Shown here: in pieces, positions 38,701 through 51,034 of the stretch | Layout: every line of letters begins with the position of its first letter | Numbering within the stretch: position 1 is the stretch's first letter | Assembly (NCBI GenBank): GCA_012295275.1 | Contig: CM022670.1 | Coordinates: forward strand, 40,610,001-40,674,000 | DNA from: Chrysomallon squamiferum | Lineage: Eukaryota > Animalia > Mollusca | Length of the DNA: 64,000 nt | Direction: 5' to 3' | Notes under the pieces: generated by a model | What the model saw: the letters and a program-made list of their open reading frames with translations, nothing else | What the model was told of the DNA's origin: nothing | Database searches by the model: none | Translations under genes and position numbers: made by a program

Positions 38701-39160
38701 AGGCATGTAATTTCATGACTACATTGTACAGACAAAAATTCCTGTGCTGTGAAAAAACAGGCTTCTTATAAAACTTTAAAAAAAAACTACAATAGATTTG
38801 ACATTCTGTATTGATAGACAGAAAATTAATTTGAGTATTAATTAATGTTTCAGTGATGGAGTTGAAAGGTCAGGCCTGTATTGTGTTCTAACAGCGATCA
38901 TTGACAGGCTTAAAATAGAACAAGATGTCAGCATCGTCCAGACCATCAACCAGATGAGAGCTTGCAGAAACCAGCTGATTAGAAGCTATGTAAGTTAAAT
39001 CATTTTCCACACTTTCATGTTTATATAATCAATCAATTCTTTTGTGGTTAGTTACAGATAGTTACTGAAACTCTATCATTTTTATTAGTTTAAATATTGC
39101 CTATTTATTTATAAATTTTGATATTTTTTTTTTTTTTTATGATTTTCTGCCTCTCCAAAA

Positions 39161-39202
<42 letters not shown>

Positions 39203-39558
39203 TTTTTTTTTTTTTTTTTTTTGTTGTAATTAGAAGAATTTTTTGGTTTATTGTCTATTAAATATGTATTTACGAAATACTTCATGATAGCATCTTATAT
39301 ATCAATAAACTTAGTAAATAAAGAAATAAAAAAAAAATAATAATAACAACAAAAATTAATAAATAAATAAAATGAATTCATAATAATAACACTTTCAAAA
39401 ATAGATAAACAGATTTTAAACTTTCAGTTTATGAAATCCTAAATCCTGTTGTCAATAATTATTACTGTTTTTTTTATTTTCAGACCCAGTTTGAGTTCTG
39501 CTACAAAGCAGTACAGGAGTACTTTGAAAGCTACTCCATTTATTCCAATTATGCATGA
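22635..39558 (+). CDS. Receptor-type protein tyrosine phosphatase, copy 2 (SP-ShKT-multiEGF-TM-PTP D1-PTP D2); canonical D1; 2-nt frameshift in exon 16 (stop at 35418-35420, ~1079 aa; ~1300 aa if the frameshift is an error)
   Basis: Exons: 22635-22689, 23370-23498, 24498-26003, 26396-26533, 27060-27177, 27434-27504, 28001-28215, 28732-28819, 29765-29841, 30025-30061, 30654-30751, 32169-32303, 32894-33042, 33172-33307, 33836-33985, 34712-34813, 35385-35458, 36874-37008, 37669-37803, 37962-38107, 38854-38989, 39484-39558. D1 motifs [32 protein letters not shown]. Confidence 0.9.
23370..23498 (+). CDS. ShKT domain exon, RPTP copy 2
   Basis: Identical to 3500-3628. Confidence 0.85.
24498..26003 (+). 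CDS. 1506-nt multi-EGF exon, RPTP copy 2
   Basis: Within the 512-aa ORF 24479..26017; collinear with copy 1. Confidence 0.93.
27060..27177 (+). CDS. Transmembrane exon, RPTP copy 2
   Basis: [28 protein letters not shown]. Confidence 0.88.
28732..33985 (+). CDS. PTP domain D1 exons (8-15), copy 2; predicted active
   Basis: [17 protein letters not shown] and Q-loop all canonical. Confidence 0.92.
34712..39558 (+). CDS. PTP domain D2 exons (16-22), copy 2; out of frame as assembled
   Basis: Exon 16 is 102 nt (phase 0) but exon 17 needs phase 1. The motif [10 protein letters not shown] lies in the shifted frame after 'aataca ca gct'. Confidence 0.8.
35570..36810. repeat. AT-rich minisatellite, unit ~31-37 bp (tataatttaatagatactggaatatcatgtataaa)
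   Basis: Roughly 30 imperfect copies in intron 17 of copy 2. Confidence 0.9.
38180..38376 (+). mobile_element. Same SINE fragment in RPTP copy 2
   Basis: Near-identical to 17190-17388 at the homologous position. Confidence 0.5.
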
Positions 39559-41685
39559 TTTATTCAGTTAGTTTGCAACATGTGCAGTTAAATACTCCAC
39601 CATGACTGAAATAATAATACTACTCTTAATAATAATAATCACAACAACAGTAATAACACTAACAATAAAAATAACAACAACAATGAAATAAAAATGTCTT
39701 TGAAAAATAGGCTGCTGCATTTTTCACAGCAGTTTTGTTTTTGATAGATTTTCATTTTTTAAGTGTCAAAAAATGATGAAAACAAATTGAACATCCTCAG
39801 CAAGCCCACAGACTGCAGAATGGAAAACAAACTCTGAGGAATGCTTCATGACAGTGCTGAATTGAAGTGGTGGAGAAATTTATACCCTATTTTGTAATGC
39901 ATTCAGAATATCTTGGTTTGAGTTAATCAAATAGAATTAACAAATGACCGTTAAAAAGAGTGAATAAATGTTGAGTGTGAAAAATCTAAATATTTAAATA
40001 AAAATGAAGACATTCGTTGACTAAAATAAAATAATTTTTTTTTTTTTAAAAGTAATTTATAATACCTGTCAAGAACAAGACATTTAGACAAGCAAACTGC
40101 TACTTATTTTTTCTGTGTCATTTCCCCAATTATTAGAGAACTTTTATAATATATAATAGTTTTATTATCATAAATATCTATTAATATCCTAAAGACTGGG
40201 TATAGGTTAGAACTGTCACTACTTGTCATGGCTATTATCTCCAGCAAAATTGGTTTTCATATCAGTTTTGTTTGTTAGCATTTAAATAACCTTGCCACAG
40301 TTTTTCTCAGGATTATAGAGAAATACTTGTTTCGCTTGTATAGTAAAGTAAAAGCAGTTCATATAGGATCTTTTTCAAAGATGTTCTTTAAAAGTAATTC
40401 ATTCAAAGGAATAAATAAATGTAAGGCTAGATAGAACTGGAAAGATTTTCACTGAATCTGTACAGATGTGAATATATCCGGTCATTTTTTTACTGCATTT
40501 AGGTTTCATGTATAATAAACTTATCACCATTTTAAGTTGTGGACAATAATAAGACTAACAGTTAAATATGTTGACATCAGTTCTACATGTAGACAGATCG
40601 ACAGAGACATTGGTATTGCATTTATTTTTTTATTTTTTTATGTAATCAAATTTAGAACAATTTGTATCCTTTTTCTGATTTTGGAATAATTTTTCAAACA
40701 TTGTTATTATTATTGTTCATTTGTTTTTTTGAAAACTTATTGTTAACCCTATTGTACAAATTTCAGTTTTAATAAAAAAATTTTTTTACAATGTTTACTA
40801 ATTAATACTGTTGGACACGAAAAAAAAACTGTATAATTTATTATATTGTTTTTAAATTGCATATTGATAAGTATTTTTAGATTGATTTTATTGAAATTAC
40901 ATTTTTATTTGTTTAGTATTTATAATGAAGAAAAGAGTATTTATATAGATGTTGAACACTATTATTTTTATTCTCTTTTAAAATGTTATTTGGTATTTTG
41001 CAATTGTTCTTTTGACAGTATTTTAATTTATGCACATGATTAAAAATGTGCATTCACTTTCTTATCTGTACAGAGACCATAAGATGATTTGGCATATTTC
41101 TTCTTACTTTCCTTTTTATTAACATAAAAAAATATTATTTAAAAATTAATTCAGTTTGTTGAAGTTGGTTAATAATCTAATTAACTTTTTATATAAAAAA
41201 ATGCATTAATTTCCATCCCCACAGAATCGGTGATATATCATCATATTTCATTAATGGCTGTTTCTGTTCTGTATCTCATTAACATACATTTTATCATAAA
41301 TAAATATATTGTTATTAGTCAAGATATATTTTAAATATCCTTTTATATGTATGCGTATAATTTTTTTACCAGATTTATATATATATGTACTCAGATATTT
41401 TTTAATATTTTGTAAACTTACATAATACTGTATAAAGATATGTAGATTATTTTAATGTGTGCCTTTTTCAAAACTGCTTTTAGCAGCAGACATTTAATCT
41501 ACACAGAAATTTAGACTTTATCACTTTGCAATGTTTTCATGTTTATTGGATTTATTTTGATACAATTTCAGAACATAGTTTTATTTTTATTTTTATTTTT
41601 ATTTTTCTTTGTTTTTAATCTGCAGAATATCCATAATCAGAATAGTAATTTTTATATAAAAATATATTGCAGTAAATTATTCAAC

Positions 41686-41722
<37 letters not shown>

Positions 41723-42388
41723 TGTACTTAATAATCAGTAATAAATTATTATTTGCCCATTATTATTGAAATAGTAATTATATATCAGAGTGGACTGAAA
41801 TTAATGATTATTTTTGGTTATGTATTAAATACTTTTATGTCAAAATAGATATCTCAACAGTTACCTTGTTATTTCTGGATTCTTTTTTAGTATATAATTA
41901 TTTTCTTACAAATTTAATTTCACTGAAATACACAGGTTGGTTTACATACAAAAAACTTTGCAATCATCAGTCAGTGAACATTTTAAACTACACTTTAGTC
42001 CAGTGAAAATTATTTGTAATAAGTACACTGGCTTGTATTGATCACAAAATGTTTTAATGATGTATTATAACCTGTATTTTATGAATATGTAATACTGTTT
42101 TCTTTATATATATATGGTGCTGTTTTATTAATATAGCCTGTGTGTGTATGTTTGAACAGCTCAGTTGCAAAAGGCTGAGTTTGACAGTGATCAGCAGTGC
42201 TTCACGAGAAGTCGGATTTGTTGTAAAATATCTGACATCCAGCAGTAAAGAACTCCCGAAGTTTTACTGATAGTGCTAAAAGTCTAACATCCTTTTCAGA
42301 TTTCTTTTTTTCTTTTTTTTGTTTGCATTTTCTTTGAAATTGATAAATAATTTGTAGACATGTAAGCCATTTTGCAAATAAAATCTTC

Positions 42389-42395
<7 letters not shown>

Positions 42396-42433
<38 letters not shown>
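42396..42433. repeat. (TA)n microsatellite
   Basis: Direct reading. Confidence 0.95.
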
Positions 42434-42435
<2 letters not shown>

Positions 42436-44849
42436 ATGTATAGGGTGCGTTAAATAATAATGCTCGTAATAATAATTTAGAACTGAGTTATGAAGTCTTT
42501 TTCTTAAGTAGAAATATTAAACTGAAACAGGCTTCATAAATTTGGTTTTAATGACATATACATATTCATATACACACATATATATTATATATAATAATGC
42601 AGATTTTGAAATTAATAAATAATTCTGGTACATAAACTTTGTAATGGTGCTGTTTTATGTAATATATATATATATATAAAAAAAACAGATTTTGTTTTGA
42701 TATTTTTCATATTAAATAACAGATGTGTATATGTAATATTTGATGATTATAACAAATACTTACTTAGAATGTCACTGTACTCCCTTAACAAAAAAACAAC
42801 AAAATAAATAAATAAAAAAACACTATTCTGTTAAATGAATTTGTATGTAAACAATATATTTAAAAACTGTTGCATCATTCTTAATTCTGCTTTGATGATG
42901 TAATACCAGTTATAACAGTAATACCTTTTTGGGGGCGGGTATCAAAGTTTACTGGATCTCAAATACTATTCAGTAATTGTTTTGTTATTGTTGTTATTAA
43001 TATTTGATCTTATTTCTTGAATGTTATAAGGGGTTTTTGTTGTAAATATTAATTGTTTGATTAAAATAGGAAATGTTATTTAAATTTATCTGATAGTTGT
43101 CATTGGTAGATTTCGTTTCAGTAGATGACAGTTTTCATATTTTTATATTAATAATTGATCTAGTCATGTAAAAGATGCTTCATGCAGCTTCTCTCATTTG
43201 TTAAAATTGTGCACTGTTTTAATTATTTGTCTTTCAAAATGTAATGTTTTTAAGTAAATAGCATGACACAGCTTAGTTCATTTCAGTATTACAGGTACAA
43301 ACATATAAATTTTAAATGAATAAAGGAATAAATTAATAATATCAAATTAAATGTTGCCATTTTACATATTATAAAAGAGTAGATTTAAGAAAATTAGTAA
43401 TGTAATTACATTTATTTTTATTGTGATTTTAAAAAAGAAAAATCAGAAAAATATGTTAGCTTGTTAAAAGGGGGAATAATACAAAATAAGTAACAAAATA
43501 AAAACCATAATTCATTTATAAAGAAAACATTTTTAAAAGACAGTTTAACCACAACAAATTAATTTTACCAGAAATTAATTTTATTGCATTGTTTATTTGT
43601 TGTTGTTTTTGTAAATTAAGATTTTTTCTTGTTTACTACTTTACAAATATCATCTACAATTAATTTTTAATTTTTACAACATTGTTACTTGATAACCTTT
43701 TTTTTTTTTTTAATTTATTTCCTAAATAATAGCTGTGATTAAAATACATTTTTTATTATTTTATTATCTACAAAGTTTTTTTTATTTTACCACAAAATTA
43801 TTATTTTTGTTTTTTCATAAAGTGAATCATTCTAAAACTGAAAAAATGATTGCTTCAGTAACAGTAGTATTCTCTTTCTCCCCATAGCCACTGCTATTGT
43901 TAAATATCATTTAAAACTACTGATGTTCTCTAATTTAAACAGTGTGATTTACATTAATACTAAATCATTTAAAGTGTATATTTTATATTGCTGTGTGTAT
44001 AATATATAATTTTCTGTATATCATCGACAATACTTGTATGTTTCCAGTTAATTTTTTAGAAATAATAATAATAATAATAATAATAAATAATAATGCATTT
44101 TATATGAATATTTTAATGTTCTTAGAGATATTGAAATAATTCTTGTCATATTTTGTACATCAAAAAATACATTTTTATGTGTGTTAAGTTTGAAAAAGGT
44201 GTAAAACTTTTATACAAAACTCAGAAGATAGCCAGTTCTCTGGAAATGAAATGTTTTAGTCTTTTCTTCTTCTTTTTTTAATTTTAAGATCACATTTGAT
44301 ATTTTCTTAATTCAGTTGTTCTCTTATGTGGTGGAACTGGCTTTTCATTATGAAAGACTTAAATAATCATGTTAACCTAATTCATTATTTAATAAATAAA
44401 TAAATAAATGAAAAAATGAATAAAATAGAGGAATATGTATTTAGGATCATGTTTGGTGCTTTATGCAGGAACTGTTTTAAGTTAAAAAGAATAATTAATT
44501 TATACATATTTTTACTTTTACAGTTTATTGAAATTACTAACTAATGAATATATTACAAAGGTAACATGTATTGTGTTGACCAAAGAAGTATTATTATATA
44601 CGAATATATTGTTATTATTATTATATAAAAATTTAATACTTTCAGCTTGTTGTTATTTATTTCAAAGAATGAGATGTTGATTATGCTGCATATGTATCCC
44701 AGATGTTCTCTATAATTTGTCATGGAAGAACATTGAAAAGTGTCACATATAGGGTTTATAGGGTAACTTCATTATTATTATTATTGTTAACTTACTAACA
44801 AAGGTTTAAAGATAACCACACAATTTTCTGTTTAACAGCTGTTACATAT

Positions 44850-44995
44850 CAAAATGCTCATTTTTGTTTTGATGATCTAAGAAAGTAAAACTGTTGTCTC
44901 CATTGCATTGGCTACTCTTACTGATCAACAAGCAGTAAATAATCATTTCTAGTTACCTTCCCATAGGCGGAAAATATACTTTGGCCTTTGATGAG
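44850..44995 (-). mobile_element. Possible highly decayed copy of the same SINE family, reverse orientation
   Basis: ggctactcttactgatcaacaagcag...cttcccataggcggaaaatatactttggcctttgat resembles the reverse complement of the element core. Confidence 0.25.
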
Positions 44996-47141
44996 TAAGT
45001 AAAACTACCTGGTGGAAGGAGAGAAAATAATGATAATAAACGATGATGATGATTTTATTCATGTGATATGCTTCCAAAATCAGATATGATTTTTATACAC
45101 AAGAACTAAATGTTACCATTTTGTTTCCTTCAGCCAAGTGCATTGTATTTCAACAAAATAGTTTTTTTAACTTTCCTAAAGATTGGGTATGAGGCAGGTC
45201 CACTAAACACTCTTTTTTCAGTTCATATATGAATGAATGAATGAATGAATGTTTAAAATGACAGAAGGTGTGGGGTTTTTTGGAACTATAGATGACAGGA
45301 AACCTGTTTCCATGATGGGCTATTTAGCAATCGGTGTAGAAAGGGGTCTATCATTGGTTTTCATTCTTATCTGCATTTACTGAAAAATAAATATCAGTTA
45401 TTACAACAGAAAAAAAAAACAACCACGGCACTTTGCAATTGTAATGTTTTAATAGATTTCCATTCAGCTTGTTTCCAGTTGTGTCCACAAACAAGAAATT
45501 TACAATCGGGTTACAACCTTTTTAAAAATATTTAACACCCATCCTATTTTCCCAAACCTGTTGCTAGAAATTACATTATATTACATCACATTTATTGCTT
45601 ACATGTGTAAGTCCATTATGAAAAATAGAAGTGGATGTGATGTGCTACATCTAAATAAAAACTAGTTATTAATAAACTCATTCATTCCATTTTAACAACC
45701 CAAGTTTTAAATCATGTTATTGCACTTCAGAAATATCTTTACCAACATGATTTTCTTTTCTACAGTGAACTAAAATAGTTCTGCTCAGTAATTCAGATTA
45801 ATCCAACAACACTGTAATTTGCCATCTAATTTTTTAATGAAAAAAATAAAAAATTTTACACAAAGATTTTAAATCTGTATTGTATCTGAGAACAGTTTGT
45901 TATTTTTAAGTTGTGAAATAGAATGCGACAAAACAGTGAGAATGAGTTGTATTAACAAGACATTGCTTGAAAAACCAAAATATCAGTCATATGTTTTTTC
46001 TCTCAGTTTATTCACTATACTTTAGTCTTTTGTTGTTATTATTATTATTATTTTATAATTTAAAATACTTATGTAGGCTTATTTATTTTATTTTCTATTT
46101 ATTAAGTTATTGTTTTTGTAATTAAAATCCTTCCCAGCTTTTTATTTGTAGCCTTACAAATTATACCAGTGACCTACCCTGTATTTGTGAAAGGAATGGC
46201 AGGAATCATTGTGGCATCCATTACATCTGGAATCGGCAAATATTTAAAACTCGTTTCAAGAATCAAGAATTATGGGATGAATATCTTATAAATTATGTGG
46301 TGATATTTACAAAATATTTATCAGTTTTATACAAAGCTGTTATATCAGGATATTTATTGTATATTAAATATAATAATTACATTTATATGAAAAATATAAA
46401 TACCATTCCACAGTTTTTGTAACTATTATCACTACTGTTAACAAATCAGAAATTAACAAAAGTATCAATGATTACAGAATAAAAAATAAAAAAAAAAAGT
46501 TTCATAAATCAACAAGGATTTACAAGTATAAAACAAAATAATATTTACATTTTACATTCACATCAAATATTACAAATATATATATATATATATTACAGTT
46601 TCAGGCAATTTTTAAAATTCTAATCTTTTTTATTGGTTTAAAAACTTTTTGATACTAAATTATATTATCATTTTCAAACAGTGACAGATTTTACAGAAAT
46701 CTGGTAGACCGAACCAGGCAACAAAATATTTGGAAATATATATGTGTACAGTCTGAAGATATTAGTCACTACTGTGAGTTGCTCTATGAAAAAAAGAAGA
46801 ATGTAAAAAAACAGATACAACTCTACATTTTTTACTGTATCTTCAGTTCAGATTACACTGTCACCAAAAACTGTAAATTTGGGGATGAAAATTGTTTGAA
46901 AAAAAAAAAAAACCCACTATACTTTTTACATTTACATATCTTTTGACTTTAATGCAGCCATTTGATTATTATGCAAAACAATCCATTTTTTAATATTTTG
47001 TTGCAAAAAGTTTTGAAGTCATAGTTATTAATGCTTTAGTTTTTTTAAACTTTGGTTTTCCAAGTATTGAATTTCTGCTTTAAATAATAATAATAATCAA
47101 ATAATTAAATTATAAAAAAAATATATATATATAATAATTTA

Positions 47142-47147
<6 letters not shown>

Positions 47148-47196
<49 letters not shown>
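47148..47196. repeat. (TA)n microsatellite
   Basis: Direct reading. Confidence 0.95.
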
Positions 47197-47199
<3 letters not shown>

Positions 47200-48712
47200 A
47201 TAAAAAAAAAAAAGAAATGAATGAATGAATAAATGTTATTAAAGTCCCAGCTGTTTAACTGTATTTTTAAATTCGATAATAACATAAAACTAAGTTTAAA
47301 AACCCCACACAGAATACCCTTACACCCCAGACAAATACAAAACAAACAAAACAAAGTGCATAAATATTAATCCACAGTGAACAGCATACATTTCAGAAGA
47401 CACAAAATGTGATTATAGTTTAATAAAAATATACATGCCTTCTCCAAAAGGAGTCAAAAACAATTGCTGAATATAGACAATTTTGACTAGCTATCTTTAA
47501 CACTTAAAATTTCTTGACAGTAAGTACATTGTTCCATGACAAACATTACATCCCTTTTACAATTCTAACATCAAACACATTTTTAATGTATTTAATACAT
47601 TGTATATTTAACAAATATATATAATGATAATAAAAAATAAATTTAAAAACTTTTCTAATCCTTTGGAAGGATTCAAATGTGTTCTCTCATCATAAATTAA
47701 AATTGATTTGATTTCTTGTAAGAAATTTTAAAAATTATGCCCCCCCCCCCCAAAGTCAAATCATATTAATATTAAACATTTTTCAGTTATAATTTTCTTC
47801 GTTTTATTCTCTTTTTTTTTTTTCCATGTAAAAACAAAAATTCTGCTCAACATTAAAAAAGAAATGTTTATATATATATGTGTGTATATATATATATATA
47901 TAAAAAAAGAGCTCAAACATAATACAATGACATAAAATTAATAGGTTTGTGTTTGAAGTAAGAAGGTCTTTGTATTAATTTTTGTTTAGAATAACAAAAA
48001 CACTAACAGCATAGACTCACTTTCTGGTTTTGAAAAAGTCATAAAAACAGCATAAACAAAAACACTTTCTTTTAAAATTTATTCAGTTACTGAGAATGAC
48101 GTAAATCTGTGGTACGTTAAGATGCATCTAGCAGACACTGACATTTTGAAAAACAATCCTTGTTAAAAAGTCATCTGTGAAGTAATGGTGTCACATTTGT
48201 CACTCATCTATCTTGAAGAATAAAGTATACTAATGGTAAAATAAAATTGATTCATTAAGGTTTTGTAACTGAATCACCTGCTGTGAGTGATATTAAAAAA
48301 ACTCACATCAAGTGAGAACTAAAATCAGACAAGTAACTGTTTTTAGAAATTGACAGCGGCTCATCTAGAATTAATCTGCTTCATTTTGTCATGATATGTT
48401 TATCTTACATAAACCTAATTAATAAACCTAATTGATCAGTAAATAAACGCCACCCTCGAACCCTCAATCATATTAATTTGTCTTTTGTTCACAGCTATCA
48501 GAAGTATTAAAAAATGTCGCCATGTCCACTTGAATAAATCCAGTTTGATTTTTCAAACAAAATAGATGAAATTATTTTAAAACAACTGAGTATTGACAGT
48601 TGACTTCTTTTTTTTTTTTAATCTATCATCACTGTAAATTCTATCATGAGGAAATTGGTCCCCAGATAATAATTTAATTTTTATTTTTTTATTTTTTATT
48701 ATCAATCCTTGT

Positions 48713-51001
48713 CTAATGTCCTTCCCATTTTTGTAAAACTCCATCATGAAACATAAGATTTTGTGTTGGATAAATGGCTGAATGTTCTTCTTTGTCTTGG
48801 GGAATACCAGACAATTCTATTTCAGTCATAACTGTTGGATTCTGTAATTGAAATTGACTGAAATTATTTTAAACATTTAAACAGTCCAACTGAAATAATG
48901 TAAAGTTTTTAACAATCTAAAGATCTAGAAATGAAACTGAAACCCTCTTAGACATAACACTGTTTAGATATAAAAAAATAAAGAAGTAACTATTTTTGAA
49001 TAGAAAAAAGACTAAAACAAAAAACAGTAATAGCTGAAATCATCTTAAAGATATGTGTAGAAATAAAACTAGGAAAACATATTTGGAACTTTGAAACAGT
49101 CTTGTAAGACATATCTAAAAAATATACAATAAAAACAGTAATATTATCTTTCTATCTCACCATTACCTAAACATATTATTAATTACATTAAATGTTGAAC
49201 TAAATAAGTTAAAAAAAACATCTTCTATTCCATTTTATCTCAGTTATATATTGAAAATAATTTTAAAAATTTAAATGTATTGCTTTTTGATAAAATGTCT
49301 ACTACTGTTCTTACTTCATTATGGATTTAAACACTAACAAGAATATCACATAAAAATACATATGACTTTATTACAACAATTATGCATAAAAATAAAAATG
49401 TCTCTCATTTTTATCATACATTAGTCACTACTAACAGTAACAAGAAATGAATTATGAAAACAGATTCCAAAATTTAAGAAAAACTTGCCTGCCAGTTTGT
49501 GATAAAATCTAGGAACTTCAGAGACAGAAGGCGACTGGAATGTAACAAACCCTTCAAGCTGTAAATAAAAATGGTTTGATTTTATTTTAAAAAGCATACA
49601 CAGCCTCTTAAAGGAATTCAGTAAAGTAACAACACTAAAACAACTAAAGAACCAGTAAATATTTTTTTTAATGTAATGAACAAAAAAAAGGAATTATATG
49701 CACTCATCTATGGACATTAATTAAAAAATTAATTTTAAAGGGCTACAAACCGTACTGGATAATTGAAAAAAAACAACAACAACAAAAGCATCATCTCACC
49801 TCTCCTGTTTAAAGAGCCCTAATGTTGCCACTCTTTCACAAACTTCGCGGTTTAAACCTGTATCAAACAACGGTATTCCAAAATGGCAGTCCAACAACAT
49901 CCAATCGTTTTCTACCAAACTGTCACATGACTGTGACTTTGTCAAATCCAGAGTCAATTTCTCTTTGGAAAGTCTGTTTTCTGTGTCTGCAGTGTCCTCC
50001 AGAGAATCAATCTCTGATGCCAAAACCTGAGCCGACATGGCGTCTTTAATCCCATTGGTGGGTTTCTGGCTCAAGTCACTGGTTGAGGACAGCTCCGAAG
50101 AAGAACAAGATTTTTCCAGAAGGAACAAATCAGTGTCATTCTGTTCAGCGCCAGACTTGTTTAAGTTCAGCAAGGTGACGAATCCACACGAATGAACCAA
50201 GTCCACGTCCTCACCTAACCTCTTTACTGCCTGATGATTCTGATAATGTCCGCTCTTGAAAGACCCTGTCAAATCCGTTATGGAAGTGCAGTTATATTTA
50301 CACAGTAACCAGAAGTTAGAAATTGTGAAATTCAAAAAATAATAATAATGATAATAATAATAATAAATAATAATAATAAATAAAAATTAAAAAAAATATT
50401 TAAAAAAAATATATTAAAAAAAAATTATAAAACAAAATTCTTTATTGTATTTAATATATAAATCAACTTTTAATATAAACATGCTTTAACTTTTAATGAT
50501 AAATATTTTTAAACTTTTAATTTTCTCTTCAACTATAAAATTAAACGTTTTGTAAAATAAATTAAGAATCCTCCCCTCAAAATACGGCATCCACATTAAA
50601 GAAACTAATCCCAAAACTGAAAATTTATTTATTTCTAAAATTTTAAAGAAATTTTAATTAATTCCACTTCAGCTTTTTTCATTTTATCAACCACATAATT
50701 TATTGACAACTCTATTGTAAACACAAATTCTACATCAAAGAGAAATTTTTAAAGTATCATACCTGACGATTCTTTCATAAAAGGAAAGGGTATGTGAACA
50801 GTGCAACCATCATTGTGGTAACCGTAAGCCTGTGAAGTTTTAAATCAATGTATTTATTTTTATTTTGATATTTTATATAACAATATTATCACAATTTTTG
50901 CTTTGGTCTTAACTGTCAGAAATTATAATCATGTTGTTTTTCAGTGTTAAAAAAACAAAAAAAAACAGAGAAAAGAAGAAAAAGGTATGGGTATGTATGT
51001 G

Positions 51002-51034
<33 letters not shown>

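Larger units (their letters stand above)
20240..41313 (+). repeat. Segmental tandem duplication unit 2
   Basis: Collinear with unit 1, with several indels of 0.3-0.8 kb. Confidence 0.92.

Noticed and set aside
41314-48712. 7-kb interval between RPTP copy 2 and FAM91A1
   Set aside because: No spliceable coding exons or RNA genes recognised; appears to be 3'UTR/intergenic AT-rich DNA.
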